DNA of 64,000 nt from Octopus sinensis (Eukaryota): NCBI RefSeq assembly GCF_006345805.1, contig NC_043007.1:12772001-12836000 (forward strand). The letters are read 5' to 3'. Positions 10,591 to 21,581 of this stretch are shown one piece after another. Numbering within the stretch: position 1 is the first letter of the stretch; each line of letters begins with the position of its first letter. The translations under genes were made by a program, and so were the position numbers. The notes below the pieces were generated by a model. That model was not told where the DNA came from and did no database searches. It was given only the letters and a program-made list of their open reading frames with translations.

Positions 10591-11994
10591 AGATGAGATG
10601 GTCACTAAAACTGCCGAATAACTATTTTGGAAAGACTGAAATCAAGGAATTAATTTTCCTCGTTATCATTGCTCTCAATGTATTTTTCACTATAAAATAA
10701 TACATTTTTCTCAGAAGGAAGCCTTTTTGTACTTAACTAGAGTACAGTTTCAGCCAAATTTCATAAAATGAGTCTTCCCTGGTATATAGATTATCCAGCA
10801 GAGTCATTTATGACAAACAGCCTGTGGGTTATTCAGTAGAGCTGTTTGTGATAAACAGCCTTTATTTAATAGTTGAGTATTTGCATGGTTTATTGACAAA
10901 TTCACCAAAATACCCCAACTTCAATAAAACGGTAAATGAATCATCAATCGATCAATGAAGCCTCCAAAACTAAATAAGTTTGTTGCTGTTTAGCCTCAGG
11001 TCAGCTCTGGTCAAAAGCATTCCAGGATCATTTTGTTTTCTTTTCGGACATAGTATACCTCCTCCTTCTTGTCTTGAGACAGCATTCACCTGGGGTGGGT
11101 TGAGCTGGCTTCATTCATCCTCAATGCTGCATCTCTCACAAACGCCAACCAGGCCTGGCAATTTGAGGCTAACGACCGCATGATCTCCAACCACTCCTTA
11201 TATTATTCTAGGTATACTAGAATAATACCATCCCATTATGTCTTTTCTTTTGTGAGAAAATAAGGTGTGATTCGAGGGCAGCCAGGTGACAATGTAGATG
11301 TTCACTTAAGGTGAAGTTGAAAAGATAAGTACAAGGAAATTGTTTATACTCTTTGATACAAAAAATTCCTCTGCTAAAACTTCATTTTCTTCAGGTAAAC
11401 ATTCTTGTAATCCAAATAATTCAGAACCCTATTGAGCAATTTGGGATCTAAAAACTTGTATGGTGCCATTTTCCATCCACGAAATATCAAGAACTTCAAA
11501 TCAACCCACTGGTTCTGTTGGCGAAGCTTGTGTTCCTCTCATTTCTCAACATAAATACAAAAGCCTAAGTTCCACAGATGTTTTGATGAAGGTTCTTGAA
11601 TGTGTTTTCAGTAAAGGAATTCATTAATTTTTGGTTCTTGCTGTTGGGGTTGATGAATCTGAAGTGTTTCAAGACAAATTCTGGAAAAACTTTTGCAGAA
11701 TTGAAAAACTTCATTTGCTAAAAACAGCAAAAATAACAAATATATATTGTTGTGACAAAATTTCCTTGATTTTGAAGAATCATAAAAGGACATTTTTTCA
11801 TGCTCTTTCCATTTATCTCCTGATAAATGTAATGACACATGAAATAACTTGACAAGTCAGATGAGATCACAGACAAGCAGACTTAATTAAAGGCCATCAC
11901 CTAGACAAGTAAATGGAACACATCATTAATGAGATTATCAACACAGATATTTCAAGAACTTTGAGACAGATCTGGCTCAAGAAAGAGAAGTGGT

Positions 11995-12235
11995 GCAGCA
12001 AGAATGAACACTGGCAGAATCTTTAGCACGCCGGGTGAAATGCTTAGCGGTATTTCATCTGCAGCTACGTTCTGAGTTCAGATTCCGCCGCGGTTGACTT
12101 TGCCTTTCATCCTTTCGGGGTCGATTAAATAAGTACCAGTTACACACTGGGGTCGATGTAATCGACTTAATCCGTTTGTCTGTCCTTGTTTGTCCCCTCT
12201 GTATTTAGCCCCTTGTGGGTAGTAAAGAAATAAAA
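11995..12235 (+). mobile_element. tRNA-derived SINE (family A)
   Basis: TGGCAGAATC...GAGTTCAGATTCC...AAAGAAATA body. Confidence 0.8.
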
Positions 12236-12239
12236 ATGA

Positions 12240-12690
12240 ACTCTGAGGATGGTAGAAGCATCTGGCCAAGAGTTGCAAACATCTGACACAAAGCTCATGG
12301 GAACTGAGAGGAAGAGCAAAGACCATCATAGTAGCATCGCAAAAGACAGAGTAAATAGAAAGCACATCTATGGTTCAGACGCCAAAATGGTAGCAGGCAA
12401 GTCAACCGAGCGGCTCTTCTCTGGATGTAGTACAGGATGTCAGTGAGCAGAGTAGCAGTTCAATCTCAAATAATGGTGCAATATACCACTGTGGGCCCAC
12501 TTGAGCCTTGTGAGGCATCAGAAGCCATTGGGGACTATAATTTCTCCACGGTTTGTCTTTGGGATGTGGTCCTAGCTCTGCAAAGGATGTTGCTTTCACC
12601 AGAAGAGATCCTCAGTAATAATGAAGCACAGAATTTGGAGCAACTTGTGAGGACTGGGGTTGAGTACCACTCGTGGTGAGATTTTGAAAG
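12240..12690 (-). mobile_element. Decayed LINE fragment (CR1/Jockey/I-like RT C-terminus)
   Basis: Frameshifted HKAQVGP...YIQRRAAR...NHRCAFS-like motifs, matching LYKAQVRP.MEY.S..W...IQRRA of these clades. Confidence 0.55.
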
Positions 12691-13684
12691 AAACTGAAAA
12701 AGTAATGGTTGAAGAATGAACAGAAAATGTTTGATGTCTTTGTATAAATAAACCTATCTAAAATGTTCAGTTGATAGTAGTGGGGGGGTTCATTTAGCCC
12801 TAGGTCAACTAATCCAACAGATTTAAGATGAAAAACAATCCGGCCATGACCATCTTATCATTTTTAAGAGTACCTTGGGCTACATTACCCAAGGATTTCT
12901 TTTCTTTCTTAAAGACAGCAGAGTGTAATTTCCCTATTTTGATTAGTTCTTTTCCTTTTAAAAAAACAGTAGAGGACAATTTAAATGAAATATAGCTGCT
13001 GCTATTGTATCTAGCAGATCAAGCAACCACATAGAGGTTTCTTTGTTGCTTCATAATTAATAGTAGATTTGGCATTTGTAAAGATCAAATCTATTTTTCT
13101 GCTCGCTCCATCAAATCCAGCAAAATTTTTTAGTAGCATTTTTTTAGAAATTCAACATGTATTCTAAAATATACAAGAACAACTTTCTAACTTTAGGAAA
13201 ATTCATACAGTTCCCAGAAAATGTAAACAGACTGCAACCTTTGGAGGATTTTTTAAATAAACTTGACCATGTGTGATTATCTACATTGATCAAAACAAGG
13301 ACAAAACCAACAGGAAACCTTGGCAAACAATTTTTTTGTACTTTCACTTCCACTTTCAAATAAATGAAAACTGCTTTTGTTAACTGTTAACTATTTTATG
13401 TAAAAAAAAAAATTAAAAAAAAAAAAAATTTAAACAGATATAAACAATGAAAACAAATAACAAGACATTTGAAATTAATAAATATTGGGTTTTAAAGAAT
13501 GAAACTAAAAATAGTTAGAACAGCAGGGATTTTTTGTTTGTTTTTAGTTTGTTAAACATTGAAACAGACAAACTAATGGTTAGAAAATGACTTTTTTTTT
13601 AAATTCACAATCATTTTCAATTCAACCCACGAATGCCAACATATATATACACACACACACACACATATATACTTATCTATATTC

Positions 13685-13834
13685 AGGGCATTACTATACA
13701 TAAATGCCTCATGCTAGGAGGGACTCTTAAAGTCAAAACTACTATAACAAACACATTGTACAATGTGTTTATTATGGTAGTTTTGACTTTAAGAGTCCCT
13801 CCTATCGTGAGGCATTTATGTATAGTAATGCCCT
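13685..13834. repeat. 150-bp near-perfect palindrome
   Basis: AGGGCATTACTATACATAAATGCCTCA...CACATTGTACAATGTG...TGAGGCATTTATGTATAGTAATGCCCT, with no loop. Confidence 0.85.
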
Positions 13835-13945
13835 TAATATAAATAAATATATTTAAAGGGAAAAATTAATAAATTTTCCCCTTATGAGGTTTTTCACGCT
13901 AACTACTTGATAATTTCTTATAAAGATTTTATCCTATTTTTAAAT

Positions 13946-13977
<32 letters not shown>

Positions 13978-14126
13978 CATACAGTCGCAATGAGGATATT
14001 TAAACCTCTTATAGGGATATTTTATCCAAGATACACTGGTTTAATATATTATATTTTGAAGAGATATTTCTTCAATGAATATATTATATAAAATATTGTA
14101 AAACATCAAACATTATTATTGAGTTA

Positions 14127-14354
14127 GAAAACAGAGAGATCTAATGGATACAAATTAATTTATTAATTAATCAACATATTCAGTTACAACTGTTTCATTT
14201 CACAAACAAAATTAAAATTACAAAACATAAATATATAATTTTGCATTTTAAATACCATGTATGGAAAATCAAAGTATTCAACTACAAAACATTGTAGGTG
14301 AATATTTTGATTAATTAATAAATTTGTTTGAAACCATTAGATCTCTCTGTTTTC
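14127..14354. repeat. Inverted repeat with ~50-bp arms
   Basis: GAAAACAGAGAGATCTAATGG...TTTATTAATTAATCAA versus TTGATTAATTAATAAA...CCATTAGATCTCTCTGTTTTC. Confidence 0.7.
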
Positions 14355-14402
14355 TTAATCAATAATATATATATATATGATATTTGTGTGTGTGTGCATG
14401 TA

Positions 14403-14494
<92 letters not shown>

Positions 14495-14814
14495 GTGTTT
14501 ATTATTCTTTGCAATTGAAAGTGTTATAGGGATGGTGTCAGAAATGTTAGTTATAAAGGAATTTAATTTGGTTTTTTAAAAAAGACATTGAAAATTTATG
14601 ACAACATACTTTCCAAATAAAGGAAAAACACCTACAGTGACTGTGTTCTACAAACACTGCTGACTGAGTCCCAATTCTGTTAATGTGCCTTGTTATTCCT
14701 CCCTCTAAACACCCTTTTCTCAGTATCAAATTTATATGTTTAATATAGAGGTCAAAAATCTAATTGCAAATACTAACTTGGCAAGGCCAGGACATAAGCT
14801 CAATGAATAATTAA

Positions 14815-14932
14815 CCCTTTGACCCCTGACCGCCTGAACCCTATTTGACCACAGACCTGGTACTCCACTGATGCTACAGTATAGAGAAAAATAAGCCACC
14901 CACTGGTAAACCGGTGTTATGGGCTCAAAGGG
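14815..14932. mobile_element. piggyBac-type MITE (118 bp)
   Basis: TTAA|CCCTTTGA...TCAAAGGG|TTAA: TTAA target duplication and CCC/GGG termini. Confidence 0.7.
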
Positions 14933-15259
14933 TTAATAATACTATAAACGTTTCAGTAAATATGGGAGGCAACTCTGGACGTGTGTCTGACCTTTTCAGC
15001 AAAATAGACTTCACTGTTGCTAAAATAATAAAGAAATTACTAAGAGTAAGTACAGTGTAGTAGCCTTGTAATTGCCACAACCAACTCCTGCTCTACAAAG
15101 AAGAACAGTAAGTTACACTGCTCCCTACTTCAAAGAGAATGTTCAAACACCAATGCTAGTAAACAATGTGTTAACATAGGAAGACAGTTTTGCTAGAAGT
15201 AAACCCTAACTTCTAACCACCACAGCTAAGTAGCATACTGGCTGAGAAAATACAGAGAT

Positions 15260-15575
15260 TAGCTAAGATTTGAATTTGTAAGAAACATGAGTTCACGCTA
15301 AGAGTTGCTGAAACATGGAACAGACTGCCGGCATCAGTTGTTAGTTGTCGGAGCACTGCATCCTTCAAAACTTCCATGCTTCCTGAGATTCGCCAACACT
15401 ACACCTGATTTTCTCCCCTCCGTACACACGCAAGCATGTATCTGACTCATACACTGTTCACTTCCCAGACATTTGTACATTACTGCATATGCTTTATACG
15501 CACTTTTGACAAGTTGTGGTGCACCTGAGCACTGTATACAATAATTTCATTATTATTATTATTATTATTATTATA
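15260..15575 (+). mobile_element. CR1/L2-like LINE 3' end
   Basis: HEFTLRVAETWNRLPASVVSC...SFK motif, 3' stem-loop GGTGCACCTGAGCACT and (TTA)n tail. The same 3' end occurs at ~5145-5190 (+) and ~38915-38975 (-). Confidence 0.8.
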
Positions 15576-16159
15576 AGCTTTTGCTCAAAATGAGGAACAG
15601 ATTAGCCAGTAACAAATGAAATACACTGAACTCATTTCTATTGCCTTCAGCTGAGAAAGGATAGTATTTCTTGAAAATAGAGAGAACATCAATGGGCCAC
15701 ACAATGTCAGCTAGAGGGTACATGGCTAAACCAGAGAAAAGTCATATCCTGCCAAACCACTAAATAAGAAATAATTCAACAGATGAAGATATACGAAGAT
15801 TTGAGCAGAGTATTTGAGACTTTAAAGACAGTGAGAACCTTACAATGGATTTAACTAAAATGGTAAACCCCGCTCAGAGGAGAGTCTACACTGGATTGAG
15901 TAATTGACAAATGGTCCTCAGAAGAGTATCTTGACAATGAGGTTGGTCCCCTAGAGGCTTCCAGATAGGTCAAACATTTCTTGCATATCAGATGTATCTC
16001 AGGTAACCATAACCTCTTAACTGGTACTTCATCAGCTAAGATGATGACGGTTCCAGTTGATTCGATCAACGGAACAACCTGCTCATAAAACTAACGTGCA
16101 AGTGGTTGAGTACTCCACAGACACACATACCTATTTCTTTACTACCCACAGAGAGGACA

Positions 16160-16335
16160 AACAGATTAAGTTGATTATATCAACCCCAGTGCATAACTGG
16201 TACTTATTTAATCGACCCCGAAAGGATGAAAGGCAAAGTCGACCTTGGTGGAATTTGAACTCAGAACATAACGGCAGACAAAATACTGCTAAGCATTTCG
16301 CCCGGCGTGCTAACGTTTCTGCCAGCTCGCCGCCT
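16160..16335 (-). mobile_element. tRNA-derived SINE (family A)
   Basis: Reverse complement of GGCGGCGAGCTGGCAGAAACGTTAGC...GAGTTCAAATTCC body. Confidence 0.8.
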
Positions 16336-16751
16336 TTTTTTTTTTCAGATAGGGGCGAAGGGAAATCATCAAGACAATCAGTCGATCCACAAGATCATCA
16401 CTCTCCATACATACCCTTAATGTAATTCTCAGGGAGATTCAGCGTGACACAGAATGTGACAAGGCTGACCCTTTTCGAAATACAGGTACCATTCATTTTT
16501 GCCAGCTGAGAGGACTGGAGCAATGTGAAATAAAGTGTCTTGCTCAAGGACACAACACACTGTGGGGAATCGAATTCACGGCCTTGTGATTGTGAGTCGA
16601 ATGCCCTAACCATTAAGCCAGACACCTTCACCATAGCTTGATAGTGCTGTAAGAGAATGCTATTGAAATAGATCTACTTTTAATGTGGCAGTGCAGATTA
16701 GGATTTTTAAAAAGAAGAATCTATCTATGTGTTGTTAGTGACATTTTGCAG

Positions 16752-17764
16752 ATTAATAACACTCAAAGATCACAGTCCACAGAAATAACTTCTCTCAAAC
16801 CAACAAAAACTTCAGACTTGGTACCAGCTTCAAGATAAACAAGGACACAAAAACACAAACTCAACTCTAAATACGTTGGAAGTTGTTCAGCAATTCATCT
16901 TCGTTCGACAATTAGTAACAACATGTTCAGATTGTTGCTAACTCCTTAACACTTGACATAAAAACAAGCTATAAATACCTAAATCAGTTGAATTGCCTTT
17001 GTTATTTGGTTATATTTGGTGGTAATAGAAATACTTCTAGATCATAAAAAATAAAAAAAAAAGAAACTGAATCTATCCAATTTAACCATAACATAAGTAC
17101 ATCATAACCTGTTAACGAATCAAACCGCCTAAAATAAATTCTACATTTATTTTGCAGCTTATTAACAAGATGAAGTATAGCAGTGAAATTATTTTCTCAA
17201 ACAATCTATGATGCAAAGTAATCGAAGATGTTTAATTTTTTTAAAAATATCGAGTCATAAATAAGAAAAGAAAAAACTAGTTGGATTGAATTAATATCCA
17301 ATCAACTTCCAAAACATAATACTTCTATCTCATCCTATAAACTCTGCTAATTATTTTCCTATAGATCCACAACATCTTAAGTGTTTTACTAGACTAGAGA
17401 AGGATAAATATATCCCACACTAACTCAGTTCTGTTTTTTTTATTTTAACAGATATAAATCAAATACTATTTCTGACCCAATAACAAGTCAAAAATGTAGA
17501 GATAATCTCGCAGAAAATAAAATTAAAAAACATACAATTCTGCTTTATCTCAATCAAATATGAAGATTTATTTCAAAAATATTTGATATCTCAGAAAATG
17601 AGAGCTGGACCTTAAAACAGTTTGTTAAGATAGCAACCTCAGACTTAGAACACAATAATATCATACAAAATATAAACATACTGGATCACAACAAAGATCA
17701 AAAACAAAAAAATCTCAGATGCTTCAAAAACAGTAACAAGAAGCCTGAACACCAATGTAAATAA
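16752..17764 (+). pseudogene. Possible decayed multi-exon coding remnant
   Basis: Four pyrimidine-rich AG acceptors (16751, 17157, 17364, 17451). Frames of 65 codons (1 stop) and 103 codons (1 stop) follow two of them. No family recognised. Confidence 0.3.
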
Positions 17765-17851
17765 ATCTTATTATATTAACCCATTAATGCATAGTATTCA
17801 CAAAAAAACAAGACAGAAAATAGGTTACAAAATATTTAGTTCCATTTTTAA

Positions 17852-18073
17852 CCCTTTCGTTACTGTATTTCTGTTGAGATACTCTGTATTTCTTTCAATT
17901 ATTTTAAATATAACAAATAATTTAGTAAAATAACATTGTTATCATTCAGCTAGTGTTAGGAACGTAAATTGTGACTAAGGTTTGGTGGAAGATTTTAATT
18001 CAAAACTTATGAAAACAAGACATTTGTACTCAGAGAGCCAGAGGCAGTTTCAGCCAGGTTGGTAACGAAAGGG
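17852..18073. mobile_element. piggyBac-type MITE (~220 bp family)
   Basis: TTAA|CCCTTTCGTTAC...GTAACGAAAGGG|TTAA. Further copies at 30293-30650, 43731-43952 and 54471-54690. Confidence 0.8.
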
Positions 18074-19534
18074 TTAATACTGTTCAATATAATTAGTAAC
18101 TTTTCATTAATTACCAAACTATTTTATAATCATCCGTTTGTGATTTTTTCATTGGTACTACTCATTTAATGAAAATTAAATTGTGTGCATTAATGGGTTA
18201 ATGATTTTTAATTAATTACATCTTTAGTAGATTGGGTTTAGTATAAGTAAATCAAATACTGTTAGTATCAAATTATACCAGGTAGTTAAAAAAAATATGA
18301 GTAAAAAAAAAATCAAAATTTTTTATGAAAATGATGTAAAAGTCATTTTCAAAATTCAGTGCGTCTCCTTTGCGTGTGTATGAAACAGTTCAAAGAGAGT
18401 GTTATACTTTGGAAAAATAAAATTCTTTGCAGTTTGCATTCATGATTTTTGGTAATTTCATTGATTCAGTATTATAGTTGTCAGTTGACTTACAAAAAAA
18501 TATGTTCCTGTTAACCCTCACTATAACTTATCTTAACAAGAACCAAGTATACAATTAAAATAATAATTAAAATCTGTATAATTCAGACTTCAATCATATT
18601 ACATAAGACAAATCACAAAAAAAAAAAAACATGTGTCTTAAAACTGGACAGTAATAACTTTCATTTAGCTTTTGTGGTAAACATCATTCTCCAAATATTT
18701 GTATTTCGGTGAGAGATTAACATTTTAATTAGTCAGATCATACTGAGTTAATTAAAACACTCAGTAATGAATAAAAATGCCGGCAGCAGATCTAGCATAT
18801 ATAATGATAGAATTCTTTCAATTATCATGTGTAAGAATCGAAGGTGTAATTTGGAATATTTTGGTGCTGGAGCTTACCTTTTGGCTGGAGCCAATAAAGG
18901 TGTGACAGAATTAATTAGATTTTTTTTTTTACATATTGTAAGACATTACACAGAGATCAATGACATTTCTTCATCGATCAATTACTTAGGAGTCATTGTC
19001 TCATTCGACTACATTTTTTAAAAATGAGTGCAAAAGAATATGATTAATAGGAAATGAAATAAAACAGGGGGAAACTTTCCCCTCGAGATATTAAAAAAGT
19101 TGAGTATGAACATTTGCTGCCTTTGATATAGTCATTAGTTGGTGCAGCCTGTACAGAGTTAGACTCAGTTCGTATTAACTTGATTTGTAGTCTTCATCAC
19201 GAAGGGACCCCAAACGCCTTTAGGGCTTTTACCCTTCCCTGGTAATGCTACAGAGAAAGAATGTAGTAAATATATACAGTGCAAGTGGTAGCTTGTAAAC
19301 GGTTTTCATCGATGGAACAAGAATAAATGAAACAGTTTCCAGGAGAGAAACCCTTCCTCCTGCGGTCAATTATTCATTGCACATTTGCTCTATCCATAAA
19401 AAGCTCGTTAGAGAGATTTGCTTTGAAAGAACTGGAACAGAGAAGGTTCTTTTAAATAATTACAATTTCTTTCGGTTTTGTGCACGCAGACACACACACT
19501 TTTACACTAAGCACTCACTGTGAAACATACGGAA

Positions 19535-19734
19535 TCAAAGAGAATCGTTTTCTGACCCAAACCAAAAGGTGTATCCCCCAAGCCAAAGCAGAATAATAGC
19601 AACCGCGGGGGGATAACCATGCATCAACCGACCCATCGTTCCGATCCCCGTAAGAATGAAAAAATAAACCAGCAGACCCCTTTTATCATTACCCTCTTCA
19701 GACTTTTTGGATTTCTTCTTTTTTAAGGAAATAT
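19535..19734 (-). CDS. CRELD: CRELD exon 11, terminal, two transmembrane segments (CRELD1-like)
   Basis: (D)ISLKKKKSKKSEEGNDKRGLLVYFFILTGIGTMGRLMHGYPPAVAIILLWLGGYTFWFGSENDSL*. Long polypyrimidine acceptor ending TTTTCAG; phase 1 matches exon 10. GYTFWFGSE resembles the GYWLSE tail of CRELD1. The 11 exons sum to 1236 nt = 411 aa + stop. Confidence 0.9.
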
Positions 19735-20665
19735 CTGAAAAAACAAAAACAAACAGAAAAAAAACCCTTTTAGTTCTATCTATTAGAAACAAAAATATTG
19801 TTTGTCAATTTCTCTTACCTCAAATCCAACCCTCTCCAACTGAATTCTGATACTTTAGGTCCCAAGCCCCTACATTCCAAACTTAAATCCTAGAATTTTA
19901 CTTACTGTCCAAATTCTACATTCTAAGCCTAAATCCTTTGTCAACAGACTGGATCAAACCTCTACATTCCAACCTGATATTTAGTGTGTCAAGTGTAACC
20001 AGCTCACTTATGAGGACCCCTCACTCATTCTAAGATCAAATCTAGATTCGATATCAAATAAATAAAAAAAAAAGATGCTAATAATGCAATCCATATTGAA
20101 AACAAATTATTTTTGACAAGCTTTTTCCAGTTTATTCCTAAGGAAAAGTGTAGCTCTTAAACTAAAACAATCTTAATATGTCTGTCCCCTCTATGTTTAG
20201 CCCCCAGTTGGCAATAAAGAAATAAATATGTACTTCAAAACCTCAAACAAAATCCACAGCCGAAGCAGTTCAATTAATCAGATTTGAAAAGGTGTATGCT
20301 GGTGTGTCATGAGGTGCAGTAGAGACTAAAAGGACACTCCAAAAAGGGTTTTTTCTGACAAAAGCTCTAGGAACACCTCTTTCTGTTATATTTCGACCAA
20401 TAAAGTTTATACTGATGCAGATCATTTTTGCCAACAAATTCTTGTGGCTACCCCCCTTCCATTTCCATTCACTGTTTACTTTACCAGTTCTATCATGATG
20501 TATGTTGTATAGTATCTGTGTCCCATTAAGCAACATTCCTTTAGACAACAAATCTAAAACCAAACTGCAACAGCTTGCTGATGTAACTCTGACAGTGTGG
20601 GAAGCTACCAAACCAAACCAATTTCCCCTATTTGGTGTCAACATTGTCATCACCATTATCAGTTA

Positions 20666-20897
20666 AGGCGGTGAGCTGGCAGAAACGTTAGCACGCCGGA
20701 CGAAATGCGTAGCCGTATTTCGTCTGCCGTTACGTTCCGAGTTCAAATTCCGCCAAGGTCGACTTTGCATTTCATCCTTTCGGGGTCAATAAATTAAGTA
20801 CCAGTTACGCACTGGGGTCGATGTAATCGACTTAATCCGTTTGTTTGTCCTTGTTTGTCCCCTCTATGTTTAGCCCCTTGTGGGTAGTAAAGAAATA
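20666..20897 (+). mobile_element. tRNA-derived SINE (family A), full length, CRELD intron 10
   Basis: Near-consensus head, boxes and AAAGAAATA tail. Confidence 0.85.
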
Positions 20898-21193
20898 TAT
20901 CATTTAACCTGTCTTCCATGCTGGCATGCATAGAATGGTTTGACAGGAACTGACCAAACTAGAGGATTGTGCCAAGCTCTACTGTCAGCCTTAAACATGG
21001 TTTTGTGGCTGGTTTCTACCTTTCCTAACACAAAATACTAAAAAGGTCAGACAAACTCAACAGGAAACAAAAGGTTAAAAGCTGATCAACACATCATATG
21101 ACAAATTAACTTACCTTCAAAATTATTATTATTTTTTTTGAATATCTCAAAAGACACACATAAGACTGTATACAACAGCATGTAACAATCGAA

Positions 21194-21319
21194 CTGAAAA
21201 ACCCTTCTCGATAGGAAAAGTCCAGGACAGGCGATAGTAAAACGCCTATGTCTACAGGAGACATGGGTTCATGTCGTATGGGCAGCTTTCAACTGTTTCT
21301 CTCCCAAAGGGTTTTTCAG
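21194..21319. mobile_element. 126-bp structured MITE-like element in CRELD intron 10
   Basis: 13-bp perfect terminal inverted repeat CTGAAAAACCCTT/AAGGGTTTTTCAG enclosing internal hairpins. No TSD seen. Confidence 0.5.
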
Positions 21320-21440
21320 CCTGATATTTACATACTGTTATTTATAGCTTTATGTGAAATGCTTTGAGACATTCCAAAAAAAAAAGGAATCAGTTTATGT
21401 TCTTTTGAAAGTTAATAAAATTCTTATGACATCAACTTAC

Positions 21441-21581
21441 CTTTAAGTTTCTTTATACAATCTTTGTTTTTGTCTTGGACGTATCCTTCATTGCATTTGC
21501 ATGTATATTTTCCTTCTAGGTTTTCACAGGTACTTACTTCTGTGTCACAGTCGTCGGTATTCTCAGCACATTCATCAATGT
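21441..21581 (-). CDS. CRELD: CRELD exon 10 (calcium-binding EGF)
   Basis: (D)IDECAENTDDCDTEVSTCENLEGKYTCKCNEGYVQDKNKDCIKKLK. Acceptor TATTGTAG, donor G|GTAAGT; 141 nt, phase 1 to 1. Confidence 0.96.

Noticed and set aside
11340-11740. Selenoprotein interpretation of two in-frame TGA codons
   Set aside because: No SECIS-like element or selenoprotein motif was seen; decay is more parsimonious.
13144-13288. Phase-1 acceptor (TTTTGATCAATGTAG) with 45 open codons as an alternative CRELD last exon
   Set aside because: The peptide (DNHTWSSLFKK...YMLNF*) has neither a retention signal nor TM character; an open frame of this length after one of many AGs is expected by chance.
16868-16949. GIY-YIG endonuclease motif in YVGSCSAIHLRS
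   Set aside because: Lacks the upstream GIY/VY and downstream R..EH residues; resemblance too weak.
20270-20656. 128-aa minus ORF in CRELD intron 10
   Set aside because: No recognisable domain, no convincing splice sites, starts at a SINE boundary; probably chance.
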